Part shown: positions 39,617-50,163 of the stretch, one piece after another
How positions within the stretch are numbered: position 1 is the stretch's first letter
Layout of the letters: each line of letters begins with the position of its first letter
Assembly: GCA_963806225.1 (NCBI GenBank)
Contig: CAWDXG010000004.1
Location: forward strand, 2,048,001-2,112,000
DNA from: an uncultured delta proteobacterium
GTDB lineage: Bacteria > Myxococcota_A > Polyangia > Polyangiales > Polyangiaceae
Length of the DNA stretch: 64,000 bases
Direction of reading: 5' to 3'
Translations under genes and position numbers: made by a program
Notes under the pieces: model-generated
The model's database searches: none
What the model saw: only the letters and a program-made list of their open reading frames with translations
Told to the model about the DNA's origin: nothing

Positions 39617-40599
39617 CTCGTGGCCTGGGCGCGGCGCCGCCGGCGCCGGATGGGCAACGGCTTCTTGTCGACGGCGTAGAGCGCAACGCGCTCGAGCAAC
39701 TGGCCGATGCGATCGGGGCCCTGCTTTCCGGCGAGGCGCCGGCGCGCCTGCACGTAGGCGGGGATGTAGCGCACGCGGGGAGGCAACAGCGGATACGTTG
39801 GACCGAGCGCACGCAGCGACGCCAGGAAGACCAGGCGCTCTGCCGGCCCGAATCGCAGCTGGAACTCGCGCTGGAGCCGGGGGGGCAAGAGCCCGGCCGT
39901 CATCGTCTCGAGCCACCGGAACAGCGGCCCGAGCGCGGGCCGCGGCGAGCTGAAGAGAAACCCCGAAAGCTCCAGCCCAGGCCCGCCGACCTTGATGATG
40001 TCGGAGTCGATCATGCCCTCGTAGTATTCGTAGAAGTCGCCCCAGCTCTTCGGCAGCACGCGATCGGGAATGCCGAACAAGAGCGCGAAGCGCCGCGTTT
40101 CCTTGTAGTAGCGATCCTTCTCCGCGTACGACAGCGGGCGCACGACCAGCTCGTACATCTGCACGGCGGTCTCGATCAGCGTAGCGTGCACCCACATCAG
40201 CGCGTCCGCGTCGTTCGCCTCGTAGTGGGAGCCCTCTTCGAAGCTGCCGACCTGCTCGGTGATGCTGCCGCTGATGCGCGAGTGGATGGCGTGCACGCGA
40301 CGCGCGGACTTCACGGCCGCATCCAGATCGCCGAACACCATCGCGAACACGTTGTCGAAGGTGCGCTGGAAGCGGCCCAGGGGATCGGTGCGCGTCTGCG
40401 AGTGCTGGTCGACGGCATGCGCCACGGCGGGATGCGCCAGCTGCATCAGCGCGGCCTTTCCGCCACCGAGGAACAGGATGCCTTCCTTGCTGATGGTCCA
40501 GGCCTGGCTGCCGGGCCCGTAGATCCCGACGCGCGGGTCGCTGACGCCGGCGCGGAGCTCGTCGATGCACTTTTCCAGATCCGCACGTGATACGACCAT
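39613..40599 (-). CDS. MpaB/DUF2236 oxygenase-family protein
   Basis: LMQLAHP, RFQRT, HAIH, YEAND, WVHATL. Confidence 0.9.
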   Translation of the reverse strand: MVVSRADLEKCIDELRAGVSDPRVGIYGPGSQAWTISKEGILFLGGGKAALMQLAHPAVAHAVDQHSQTRTDPLGRFQRTFDNVFAMVFGDLDAAVKSARRVHAIHSRISGSITEQVGSFEEGSHYEANDADALMWVHATLIETAVQMYELVVRPLSYAEKDRYYKETRRFALLFGIPDRVLPKSWGDFYEYYEGMIDSDIIKVGGPGLELSGFLFSSPRPALGPLFRWLETMTAGLLPPRLQREFQLRFGPAERLVFLASLRALGPTYPLLPPRVRYIPAYVQARRRLAGKQGPDRIGQLLERVALYAVDKKPLPIRRRRRRAQATS

Positions 40600-40688
40600 C
40601 AGCGAAGCCCCTTGCCTGGACAGCCCGACACACTATTGATCCCATTGTGGAGCATCGGGCGCAAGCAGCGCGCCCACCGGCAACAATC

Positions 40689-41654
40689 ATGAGCTATCGA
40701 CTGGCCCGGGGAGAGAGCGCGACGGACGGCATGCGCCGCCTGGTGCTGGAACAGCTGGACGCGGCGCTGGATGACCTCGAGAGCCGCGACGAGCACGATC
40801 ACGACGAGCGCGTGCACGACGCCCGCAAGCGGCTGAAAAAGGCGCGCGCCGTGCTGAGGCTGGTGCGGCCGGCGCTGGGGGAGGAGACGTTCCGGCACGA
40901 CAACGCCTGCTTCCGCGACGCAGCGCAGGAGCTCGGAGGAGCGCGTCAGGGCGCCGCACTCGTGGAGTGTCTAGAGCGCCTGTACAGCGCCCATGCCGGG
41001 GAAGTGCGGCCCGATGCCTTCAGCGGCGTGCACAAGCTGCTCGAGGAACGACGGGCACACGCCGTCGGCGACACGCTGGAACGCGGTGTCGAGAGCGAGG
41101 TGGCGCAGACGCTGCGCCTCGCGTCGCACCGCGTGCGCTCGTGGACGCTGGACGCCGACCGCTGGGACGCCTTGTCCGGCGGCCTGGAAAAGACCTACGC
41201 GCGCGGTCGCAAGGCATTCGAAGCGGCGTACGCCGAACCGGGCACCGAAACTTTCCACGAGTGGCGCAAGCGCGTGAAGGACCACTGGTATCACGTGCGA
41301 CTGCTGCAGCGCATCTGGCCGAAGCCGATGCAGGCGCGGCGCCGCGCGCTCAGGGAGCTCGCCGATCTGCTCGGTGACGATCACGATCTCGGCGAGCTCC
41401 GCGACGTTCTGCGCGCGTTGCCACCGTCGCTGGCCGCCGATCTGCGCGTCGATGGGCTGCTCGCGCTGGTCGACCAGCGCGAGCGGGCACTGCGTTCACA
41501 GGCCCGCCACATCGGACGGCGCGTCTTTGCCGAGGAGCCGAGGCACCTGGCGCGGCGCTTCGGCGGCTACTACGAGGCGTGGACGTCTACCGGAGCCGAA
41601 GCATCCGACGACGCTTCGGGCGCGGCCACACCCGGTCGCAATACATCCGCGTGA
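40689..41654 (+). CDS. CHAD-domain (polyphosphate-binding) protein
   Basis: VHDARKRLKKAR, HEWRKRVK, LGDDHD. Confidence 0.9.
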   Translation: MSYRLARGESATDGMRRLVLEQLDAALDDLESRDEHDHDERVHDARKRLKKARAVLRLVRPALGEETFRHDNACFRDAAQELGGARQGAALVECLERLYSAHAGEVRPDAFSGVHKLLEERRAHAVGDTLERGVESEVAQTLRLASHRVRSWTLDADRWDALSGGLEKTYARGRKAFEAAYAEPGTETFHEWRKRVKDHWYHVRLLQRIWPKPMQARRRALRELADLLGDDHDLGELRDVLRALPPSLAADLRVDGLLALVDQRERALRSQARHIGRRVFAEEPRHLARRFGGYYEAWTSTGAEASDDASGAATPGRNTSA

Positions 41655-42571
41655 TAAACTACCGCCAGCAGCAGCAGCGCCGCGACGCCGTTGTGCATCA
41701 CGGCGATCGGCAGTGGCAGACCCAGGAGCACGTTGCCGATGCCGAGCGCGATCTGCAGGCCGAGCAGCGCAAGCAGCATGCCGCCGCTGGTCTTGAGCCG
41801 CGGTCGGCCGCTCCAGAGACAGCGAACGGCCAGCGCGCCCACCACGATCGCGGTGACGACTGCGCCGATGCGGTGCACAAGCTGGATCGCCACGCGCGCC
41901 GGACCACCCAGCACGCCGTACTCGTAGCTCACGCCCAGCTTGTGCCAGGGCACGAACGCCGCCGCGAAGTTCGCGTGTGGCCACCAGCTGCCGCGGCACA
42001 GGGGGAAATCCGGGCACGCCAGCGCCGCGTAGTTCGAGCTGGTCCAACCGCCCAGCATCACCTGCAGGATGACCACACCGAGCGCCACGCGCGCCAGCGT
42101 GACCAGTCCGCGCGAAGCGCCGCCCACCGGTCGCGAGCCGATCAGCCCGAGCAGCGCCAGCCACAGCAGCACCGCCATGCTGAAGCCGCCGAGCAGGTGC
42201 CCCATCACCACCAGCGGCTCGAGCTTCATCGTGACGGTCCACGCGCCGAGCACCGCCTGGAAGATCACCACGCCCGCCGCCAGCGGCAAGAGCCAGCGCT
42301 CGCGCCCCTGCCTGCGGCGCCAGGCCATCACCGCCAGCACCATCACCAGCAGGCCGAAGCTGCCGGCGAAGTAGCGGTGGATCATCTCCTTCCACGCCTT
42401 GGCCGGCTCCACCCCTACGCCCGGCTTGACCAGCGCGTGACCGTAGCAGCCCGGCCAGTCCGGACACCCGAGCCCTGCGTCGTTCAGCCTCACCCACGCG
42501 CCTAGCATGATGATGCCCAGCGCCAGCACCAGCGCGGCGGCCGTCAGACGGCGGAGCAAGCGGGTCGACAT
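41570..42571 (-). CDS. ctaA: Heme A synthase (COX15/CtaA)
   Basis: GLGCPDWPGC, EMIHR, HLLGG, CPDFPLC, HR, HNG. Confidence 0.9.
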   Translation of the reverse strand: MSTRLLRRLTAAALVLALGIIMLGAWVRLNDAGLGCPDWPGCYGHALVKPGVGVEPAKAWKEMIHRYFAGSFGLLVMVLAVMAWRRRQGRERWLLPLAAGVVIFQAVLGAWTVTMKLEPLVVMGHLLGGFSMAVLLWLALLGLIGSRPVGGASRGLVTLARVALGVVILQVMLGGWTSSNYAALACPDFPLCRGSWWPHANFAAAFVPWHKLGVSYEYGVLGGPARVAIQLVHRIGAVVTAIVVGALAVRCLWSGRPRLKTSGGMLLALLGLQIALGIGNVLLGLPLPIAVMHNGVAALLLLAVVYHADVLRPGVAAPEASSDASAPVDVHAS

Positions 42572-42663
42572 CGCGGCGGAGGCTACCGGGTGGTGCGGGG
42601 CCGCGCCTTGATGGATGTCAGTGCCGGAGGCAAACTGGCGGCACCCGCAGCTGCAACCGCCCC

Positions 42664-42885
42664 ATGACCATTGTCGCCCTGTTCACGGACAAGCAGAAAA
42701 CCGATCGCGCGGTCGACGCGTTGCTCGAACACCACTTCAAGCCGGAACAGATCACGGTGAGCCCGCCGGCGCGGGCCGAGGACCCGTATCCGGACGGCAG
42801 CATCCGCGTGCAGGTCGTGACCGACGACCGCCGGGACATCGCTTTCCGGATTTTCGAGGACAGCGGCGCGCTGGACATCTCGTAG
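42664..42885 (+). CDS. Small hypothetical protein
   Basis: 73-aa ORF with host-like codon use. Confidence 0.55.
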   Translation: MTIVALFTDKQKTDRAVDALLEHHFKPEQITVSPPARAEDPYPDGSIRVQVVTDDRRDIAFRIFEDSGALDIS

Positions 42886-43015
42886 CTGGCGAGGGGCAGC
42901 CCGCGCCCTCGGCGCGAAAGCGTCCGACCCCGGCGCCGCGTCCTGACGCTCACTCGATGCACACGCCGGGCGCCACGTCGAGATTGCGCGCGCCGTCCAG
43001 AACACCGCCCGCGGG

Positions 43016-43873
43016 TCACGGCGGCGATCGACGGCTGACTTCCTTGAACGCGTCCTTGACGAGCGTCGTTTTGCGCAGGCACGACCAGCAGTCGGCGAGC
43101 TTCTTCGGCCCACATCCGTGTTTGGCGTTCAGGTGCACGATCGGCACCTGCGAGCGCCGGTCGCCCTTGTCCTTGGCGCGCTCGAGCAGCTTCGCCATCT
43201 TGGCGCAGTCGGTCTCGTTGCGCAGATCCAGCGCGAGCTGCAGCGCTTCCGACGCCTTGGGTCGCACGTCCTTGCTGTACAGGAGCTGTTCGGCCAGCTC
43301 CGTCGTGTCCGTGGTGCGGTGCGTGTGCGCCCACACCGTATACAGGAGGTCTGGACCGACCGGGCCGGGCAGCTTCGCCAGCGTCGCGAGCATGTCGTTA
43401 CCGACCTCGCGATCGTCTGCGAGCCCCTCGATCTTCTTCTTCGTGGCGCGGTCCCGGCCGAGCTTCTGCACCAGCTTGATCTTGCGACCGAGCTCGTCGA
43501 TCTGCTTTTCCTTGGCGACTCGGCGAGCGCTCGCCAGCGCGAGATCCTGCTCGGCCGTGCGCTGCTCGCGCGGCATCTTCTGCAGCTCGGCGACGGCGTC
43601 CTTGTCCCCCTTGGCGGCGCGCTGTTCGAGCGTGAGCTCGGGCGGCGCCGCACTGGCCGATGCGCTGGGCCGGGGCCCTGGCTTCGCGCTGGCGGAGGCG
43701 ACCGGCGCCGGCGCCGGCGCCGGTGAACGTAGAAGGACCATGGCGATGGCCGTCAGCGCGCCTCCAACGACGAGGCCCGCGATCGCGGCAATAACGATGG
43801 GAGCGCTGGACCGGGGTGGCGGCGAAGGCGGCAAGGTGGGCAACGGGCCCTGCTCGAATCCAGGCTGGTTCAT
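43016..43873 (-). CDS. Single-TM hypothetical protein with Pro/Ala linker
   Basis: TM IVIAAIAGLVVGG; helical domain ending GCGPKKLADCWSCLR. Confidence 0.7.
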   Translation of the reverse strand: MNQPGFEQGPLPTLPPSPPPRSSAPIVIAAIAGLVVGGALTAIAMVLLRSPAPAPAPVASASAKPGPRPSASASAAPPELTLEQRAAKGDKDAVAELQKMPREQRTAEQDLALASARRVAKEKQIDELGRKIKLVQKLGRDRATKKKIEGLADDREVGNDMLATLAKLPGPVGPDLLYTVWAHTHRTTDTTELAEQLLYSKDVRPKASEALQLALDLRNETDCAKMAKLLERAKDKGDRRSQVPIVHLNAKHGCGPKKLADCWSCLRKTTLVKDAFKEVSRRSPP

Positions 43874-44097
43874 TGTCCGCTCCGACCCACCATAGGGAAG
43901 CGGAGCCCGCGGGTGCAAGCTCCGCGGCACGCTGTGCTGTGCCGGACTGTGCCATCCCCGCGCGCGGCGTCGCGGTCGAGAGAGGGGAGACGCGGGGATC
44001 CAGGCCGGATCCGCGTACGGCACGGAACTTGGATCAGTCCCCTGAGCCAGCTGCGCGCCGCGCTGGGTACGGCGCGCTGGCACCCGGGGAGAGAGAA

Positions 44098-47000
44098 ATG
44101 TCGACTCGAAACACGGCCTGGACGCGCGTCCGACAGCTCGGAATGCTGGCCCTGCTGGCGACGGTAACGGCAGGGGGGTGTTCCGGCTCGCCTGGCACAT
44201 CGGCCCCAGGCGGCGACCGGCCCTCCAACGGGACCATCCGTATCGACGAGGCCAAGCTCGTCGGAACGGCCGATGCCGGCCAGATCAGCATCGACATTCC
44301 AGTCGAAGCGCTGAACAACGCGCACGGCAAGCTGAACGTCTCGCTGCGCAGCGTGGACGGCTCCAGGGTCCTCGCGAGCACCCGCGCGGGCTACGACATC
44401 CCAGCCGGCAAGACGGCGCATCTGGCTGCCGCGTTCAACCTGCCCGCGGGCGTGGGCAGGCAGGCCGACTGGGTTCGCGACAACCTCAGGATCGATGACG
44501 GGTCCGCGAAGGGTCTGCGTGTCACCGCAAGCCTGCTGCGCGTGATGTCGCCCTACGAGCTCCAGCTCGAAGGCCCGCAGACCCTCTCGAAGGGCAAAGC
44601 CGTCTCCTATCGCATCCACGCGCAGGATCCGTTCACGCGCGCACCGCGCGCGGACCAGGCGGTCGTGCTGCAGATCAAGCAGGGCAACAAGCTCGTCGAG
44701 GAGCACTCCGCCACCACCGACAAGAAGGGCGACGCGGTGATCCCCGTACAGCTCCAGCAGACCGGCAGCTTCACGGTGCTGGCGCGGACCGACGCCGAAG
44801 GCACCAGCGAGAGCCTCTCGGGCGGCGTCGATGTGGCCGAGCCCGGACGCAAGGTGCTGCTGACCACCGACAAGCCCATCTACCAGCCGGGCCAGACGAT
44901 CCACCTGCGCGCGCTGGCGCTAGCGCCGCCCCAGAACACGCCGCTCGTGAACAAGCCGGTCACTTTCGAGATCGAGGACGGCAAGGGCAACAAGATCCTC
45001 AAGCGCGATCTCTCGACCGACAAGTATGGCATCGCCGCGACCCACTTCACGCTCGGCCGCATCCTGAACATGGGCACGTTCAAGGTGCGCGCGATCGTGG
45101 ACGGCACCACGACCGAGAAGACGGTGAACGTGTCGCACTACGCACTGCCGAAATTCAACGTCGGCGTGAGCGTCGACCGGAAGTGGTACGAGCCAGGCGA
45201 CACGCTGAAGGGAACGCTCGACGCGGGCTACTTCTTCGGCAAGCCGGTCGCGGGGGCGGCCGTTACCATCGAGGGCATCTCGCTCGACGTTGGGGAAACC
45301 GTGTTCCAGAAGGTCGTCGGCAAGACCAACAGCACAGGGCAGATGAGCTTTTCGCTCGGGCTGCCGACGAGCCTGGTGGGACTGCCGCTCGACCAAGGCA
45401 ACGCGCTCTTGAACGTGCGCGCCACCGTCACGGACACCGCCGGCCAGCAGGTGAAGAAGGAGACGCCGGTGACCGTGGCCCAGAGCCCGGTGCACGTCGT
45501 GCTGGTACCCGAGGCGACTGATCTGGTGCCCGGCGTGGAGAACCGGCTGCAGCTGTTCGTCAGCGATCCGCTTGGCGCGCCCATCGGCGGCGCCGCGGCC
45601 AAGGTGCAGCTCGGCAGCCAGACGCTGGACACCACGACAGACGGCTTCGGCTACGCGGAGGTCAAGTGGACGCCGGCCGCGGGCGACAGCGCCACCATCA
45701 CTGCGACGGTCACGCCCGTCAACGGCACAGCAATCCACCAGAAGTTCACGTTCTCCGAGCAGACCGGCAACGAGCACGTGTTGGTTCGCACGGACAAGGC
45801 CGTCTACGCCGTCGGCGACACGGTCAAGGTGCAGGTCGTCGTCGACAAGCCCGAAGCCCACGTCTACGTCGATTGGCTCAACGAGGGGCAGGCCGTGGAC
45901 ATGCGTACCCTCGACCCGACGAACGGCGTGGCCAGCTTCACGATGCCGCTCGACACGACACTGCTCGGCACGAACCGCGTCGAGGCCTACGTCGTGGACA
46001 ACGACGGCAACACGATCCGCGCCGGGCGCACGCTGTTTGCGCGCACCAACGCGGCGCTCGACGTGAGCCTGACCACGGACAAGAGCCAGTACCGCCCCGG
46101 CCAGCCCGCCAAGCTCACGTTCTCGGTGAAGGACGAGAACGGCAATCCGACGGTAGCCGCACTCGGAGTGCAGGTCGTCGATGAAGCCGTGTTCTCGCTG
46201 ATCGACGCGCGCCCGGGGCTCTTGTCCACGTACTTCGAGCTGGAAGACGCGTATTCGAAGCCGCAGTACGAGATCCAGGCGCCGCCTGGCTCGCTCTCCG
46301 ATCTGCTGTTCGACAAGACGCGCTCCAGCGACCCGGCCGAGGCCGAGGCCGCGCAGGAGAAGGCGCAAGCGTCACTCGCCGCGCTCGGCGGCAAGTCCTT
46401 CACGGGGCTGCACCTGGCCAGCTGGAGCCAGGTCCAGGCCAAGGCGCAGCAGATCCTGCAGCCGTACTACGACACGGAGAAACAGCGGCTCACGACTGTC
46501 CTCGGCCCCGTCGTCCAGGCGCAGGTGAACGCACTCATCGCCGAGGGCTGCTCGACGCAGACCTACTACTGCCAGGCCCTCGGCACCGACTTCCCCTCCG
46601 CGCTCGCCCAGCGGCTGAAGGACCATTTCGCGGTCTACGACTTCTGGGGCAACCGCTACGAGGACGAATCGACGAGCTACGACTGGTCGATCCGCCTCCG
46701 GACATCGGGGCCCGACGAGAAGGCCGGCACCGCCGATGACGCGCAGATCGCCATCCCGTACACCGATCTCGGTCTCGACGCCGGCATGTATCCGCCCATG
46801 GCGGGTGCCGGCACGGGAGGCGCTGGCGGCGGGCTCGACATGGGAGGCGCCGGCGCAGGCGGTGCGTCGGCGGGCGGCGCTGGCGGCTCCGGCGGCTCGG
46901 CGGCGCCGCGCGTGCGCAAGGACTTCCCGGAGACGCTCTACGTCAATCCCGAGGTCATCACCGGCCCCGACGGCAAGGCCACGATCGACGTCGGCATGGC

Positions 47001-49002
47001 CGACAGCATCACCCAGTGGCGCGTCTCCACGCTGGCGCACTCGGCGGACGGCAAGCTCGGCGGCGGGCAAGGCGGCATCAAGGTCTTCCAGGACTTCTTC
47101 GCCGACATCAGCTTCCCCGCGACGCTGACGCGCGGCGACGAGGTGTCGTTCCCGATCGCGGTCTACAACTACCTGTCGACGCCGCAGACGGTGAAGCTCG
47201 TGCTGTCGCCGGGCTCCTGGTACACGCCGCTCGGCGCGACGACGCAGAGCGTGGACGTGGGACCCGGCGAGGTGGTGGGCGCGCGCTTCCCGGTGCGGGT
47301 GAACGAGGTGGGCGTCCAGACGCTCACCGTCACCGCCACGGGCAGCGCCGCCTCCGACGCGCTGGCGCGCAAGGTGCTGGTCGTGCCGGACGGCAAGGAA
47401 TTCCCGAACGCGATCTCCGGTTCCCTGGCTGCGGGCAGCGTGCAACAAGGCGTGAGCTTCCCGGCCAATGCCGTGCCGGGCTCGGACGAGCTGTATCTCG
47501 AGGTCTACCCGGCGTTCCTGTCGCAGGTCGTCACCGGGATGGACAGCATGCTGCAGGCGCCGAACGGCTGCTTCGAGCAGACCACGTCGACGACCTGGCC
47601 GAACGTGCTCGTGACCCGCTACATGACGCAGACGGGGCAGATCACACCTGCCATCCAGATGAAGGCCGAGAGCCTGATCTCGGCGGGCTACCAGCGGCTG
47701 CTCACCTTCGAGCACAAGGGCGGCGGCTTCTCGTGGTTCGGCGAGCAGGACCCGGCGCCGTACCTTTCGGTCACGGCGTTCGGCGTGATGGAGTTCGCCG
47801 ACATGGCCAAGGTGCAGCCCGTCGACCCGGCCATGCTGCAGCGCACCGTGAGCTGGCTGGCAGGTCAGCAGCAGCCCGACGGCTCGTGGAAGGGCGACCA
47901 GTCGGAGTTCTTCACTTTCAAGACCAGCACGCTCCGCAACACGGCGTTCACCGTATGGGCGCTGGCGGCGGCCGACTACACCGGACCCGAGATGCAGAGC
48001 GGCATCTCGTACGTGAAGTCGCAGCTCGGCACCGACGAGGATCCGTACACGCTCGGCCTCGTCGCCAACGCCTTCGCCAAGGCCGCACCGGCCGACCCGG
48101 CCCTGACCAGCGTGCTTTCCGATCTCGACAAGAAGAAGCACGTCGACGGCGACAAGGTGTACTGGGACTCGGAGGGCACCCAGACCAACTTCTACGGCGG
48201 CGGCAACGACGCCGCGGTCACGGCCACCGCTCTGGTCGCGCACGCGATGCTCCAATCGGGCAGCTACAAGAGCGACGTGGACGGCGCCCTGACCTACTTG
48301 ACCAGCTCCAAGGACCCGCAGGGCAACTTCGGCTCGACGCAGGCCACGATCTGGACGCTGCGCACGCTGCTGCTCGCCGCCGAGAAAGGCACCGAAGGCG
48401 CCGTCGGCAACTTCGAGGTCGACGTGGACGGCACCCCGTTCACCACGCTGTCACTGACTGCAGACAAGCCGGACGTCATGACCACCGTGGACATGAAGTC
48501 CTTCGCGACGCAGGGCTCGCACCAGGTCAAGCTCTCCTTCGTCGGCACCGGCAAGGTCAGCTACAACCTCGTCGCGAAACACAACCTGGCCTGGGCGGAT
48601 GTCCCAGCCGATCCGGCGGGCCCGCTGTCGATCGACATCAGCTACGACAAGACCTCGCTGGCCGTGGACGACACCGTGCAGGCTACGGTCCACGTCATCA
48701 ACAACACGTCGAGCATCCAGAACATGGCCATCGTCACGCTCGGCCTCCCGCCCGGCTTCGCCGTGCTCACCGAGGACCTCGACGCGTACAAGCAGAACGG
48801 CCAGCTCTCGACCTACGAGCTCACCGGCAAGCAGCTCACCCTGTATCTGAGCGCCCTGTCCGCGGGCTCCACCACGACGTTCAAGTACCGCCTGCGCGCC
48901 ACCATGCCCGTCAAGGCCAGCGACGGCGGGGCCGCCGTCTACCTCTACTACCAGCCCGATCAGAAGGCCTCTGCGCCCGAGACGGTGCTCCAGGCCAACT
49001 GA
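44098..49002 (+). CDS. Alpha-2-macroglobulin / thioester-containing lipoprotein
   Basis: AGGC lipobox; TDKPIYQPG; FPETL; DSITQW; thioester GCFEQ at 47566-47580; STQAT. Confidence 0.93.
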   Translation: MSTRNTAWTRVRQLGMLALLATVTAGGCSGSPGTSAPGGDRPSNGTIRIDEAKLVGTADAGQISIDIPVEALNNAHGKLNVSLRSVDGSRVLASTRAGYDIPAGKTAHLAAAFNLPAGVGRQADWVRDNLRIDDGSAKGLRVTASLLRVMSPYELQLEGPQTLSKGKAVSYRIHAQDPFTRAPRADQAVVLQIKQGNKLVEEHSATTDKKGDAVIPVQLQQTGSFTVLARTDAEGTSESLSGGVDVAEPGRKVLLTTDKPIYQPGQTIHLRALALAPPQNTPLVNKPVTFEIEDGKGNKILKRDLSTDKYGIAATHFTLGRILNMGTFKVRAIVDGTTTEKTVNVSHYALPKFNVGVSVDRKWYEPGDTLKGTLDAGYFFGKPVAGAAVTIEGISLDVGETVFQKVVGKTNSTGQMSFSLGLPTSLVGLPLDQGNALLNVRATVTDTAGQQVKKETPVTVAQSPVHVVLVPEATDLVPGVENRLQLFVSDPLGAPIGGAAAKVQLGSQTLDTTTDGFGYAEVKWTPAAGDSATITATVTPVNGTAIHQKFTFSEQTGNEHVLVRTDKAVYAVGDTVKVQVVVDKPEAHVYVDWLNEGQAVDMRTLDPTNGVASFTMPLDTTLLGTNRVEAYVVDNDGNTIRAGRTLFARTNAALDVSLTTDKSQYRPGQPAKLTFSVKDENGNPTVAALGVQVVDEAVFSLIDARPGLLSTYFELEDAYSKPQYEIQAPPGSLSDLLFDKTRSSDPAEAEAAQEKAQASLAALGGKSFTGLHLASWSQVQAKAQQILQPYYDTEKQRLTTVLGPVVQAQVNALIAEGCSTQTYYCQALGTDFPSALAQRLKDHFAVYDFWGNRYEDESTSYDWSIRLRTSGPDEKAGTADDAQIAIPYTDLGLDAGMYPPMAGAGTGGAGGGLDMGGAGAGGASAGGAGGSGGSAAPRVRKDFPETLYVNPEVITGPDGKATIDVGMADSITQWRVSTLAHSADGKLGGGQGGIKVFQDFFADISFPATLTRGDEVSFPIAVYNYLSTPQTVKLVLSPGSWYTPLGATTQSVDVGPGEVVGARFPVRVNEVGVQTLTVTATGSAASDALARKVLVVPDGKEFPNAISGSLAAGSVQQGVSFPANAVPGSDELYLEVYPAFLSQVVTGMDSMLQAPNGCFEQTTSTTWPNVLVTRYMTQTGQITPAIQMKAESLISAGYQRLLTFEHKGGGFSWFGEQDPAPYLSVTAFGVMEFADMAKVQPVDPAMLQRTVSWLAGQQQPDGSWKGDQSEFFTFKTSTLRNTAFTVWALAAADYTGPEMQSGISYVKSQLGTDEDPYTLGLVANAFAKAAPADPALTSVLSDLDKKKHVDGDKVYWDSEGTQTNFYGGGNDAAVTATALVAHAMLQSGSYKSDVDGALTYLTSSKDPQGNFGSTQATIWTLRTLLLAAEKGTEGAVGNFEVDVDGTPFTTLSLTADKPDVMTTVDMKSFATQGSHQVKLSFVGTGKVSYNLVAKHNLAWADVPADPAGPLSIDISYDKTSLAVDDTVQATVHVINNTSSIQNMAIVTLGLPPGFAVLTEDLDAYKQNGQLSTYELTGKQLTLYLSALSAGSTTTFKYRLRATMPVKASDGGAAVYLYYQPDQKASAPETVLQAN

Positions 49003-49166
49003 GCCGAGCGGTCGGGCCAACAAAGGGAGTTCTTGCGTGCTGACGGGCATCAGGGCGCAACCTGTGCGCGTTACCCAGCGCAAGCCTTGCGCGAATCCGT
49101 TCCTGGGCCGCCGGCCGGGGGCATGATCGTCGCCATTTCCTGCCATTTTCGGCGCAAGGCCTGCGC

Positions 49167-49182
49167 GGGAACGGGAATTGCT
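49167..49182 (+). promoter_or_regulatory. Sigma54-like -24/-12 promoter
   Basis: gGGaACGggaaTTGCT compared with consensus TGGCACG-N4-TTGCW. Confidence 0.5.
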
Positions 49183-49197
49183 CACGCAGCGGGCACT

Positions 49198-49908
49198 GTG
49201 TTCGACCCCATCCTCAAGCACACCGGTGCATTTTCTGAAGTTGATCCGGAAGTCCTCCAGCGTCTGGAAGCTTCCGGCACAAGCCACAGCGCCCGCCAGG
49301 GCGACGCCTTCTGGCGTCGCGGCGACGCGCCGCTGGGGCTGGTCGTGATCAAGCACGGCCTGGTCAAGCTCGTGCGCTCCAACGCGCGCGGGCGCTCGGT
49401 CGTGTGCGGCCTGCTCGGGCCGCTCGAAACGGTCGGCGACGTGGAGCTCGTCAGCGGCGACCCCTACGAAGCCGACGCCCTGGCCGCCAGCGCCTGGGCT
49501 AGCGTAGTCGTCATTCCGCGTGAAGCCGTGCTGGAAGGCATCAAGCGCGATCCGAAGCTCGCCGCGGCCCTCGCCGGCTGCGTCGAATCCGAGCTCGGCG
49601 CACTCGAGCTGGCCGTCGACGTGTTGAGCGCCGGCTCGGTGACCAAGCGCCTGGCGACACTGCTGCTCAAGCTGGACGAACGCTTCGGCGAAGAGGCCGA
49701 CGGCTGCCGCCGCATCCCCGTTCGCCTCTCGCGGCGCGATCTCGGCGAGTGCGTCTTCACGCACTTCGAGACCGCCATCCGCGTGATGGTCAAGTGGGAA
49801 CGCGACCACGTCGTCACGCGCGACGCCGGCGGGTTCCTCCTGCACGACCCGGCAGCTCTGCACAAGATCATCGGCGATCTCGAACAAGCCTCCACAGCTG
49901 CGGCCTGA
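49198..49908 (+). CDS. Crp/Fnr-family regulator
   Basis: cNMP-binding fold (GLVKL, GDV); KRLA...LSRRDLG...ETAIR HTH. Confidence 0.85.
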   Translation: MFDPILKHTGAFSEVDPEVLQRLEASGTSHSARQGDAFWRRGDAPLGLVVIKHGLVKLVRSNARGRSVVCGLLGPLETVGDVELVSGDPYEADALAASAWASVVVIPREAVLEGIKRDPKLAAALAGCVESELGALELAVDVLSAGSVTKRLATLLLKLDERFGEEADGCRRIPVRLSRRDLGECVFTHFETAIRVMVKWERDHVVTRDAGGFLLHDPAALHKIIGDLEQASTAAA

Positions 49909-50163
49909 GCAGTCGGCCGCGCGTCCAGGCGCAGCATCCCCCCCTGACATGGGGGCACCCAACCAGGTCCCGGAGCAGGCCCGCTTCATCCGGCCCCGCA
50001 GCCCGCGTCCGGTGCGGTAGCAGGAAAACTCCGCTGCGGCGGCATGTTGCCCCTGGCTCGGCCTTTCTGCTGGCGCGGCGGCGACGTGAAGATAGGATTG
50101 ACGTCCATCAACGACCTGCCTTGCGGCGGATCGCTTCACGTCGACCGGAGGATGCTTGTGACG

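Noticed and set aside
44018..44033. Sigma54 promoter upstream of the A2M gene (cggcacggaacttgga)
   Set aside because: The -12 element reads TTGG rather than TTGC; too weak to call.
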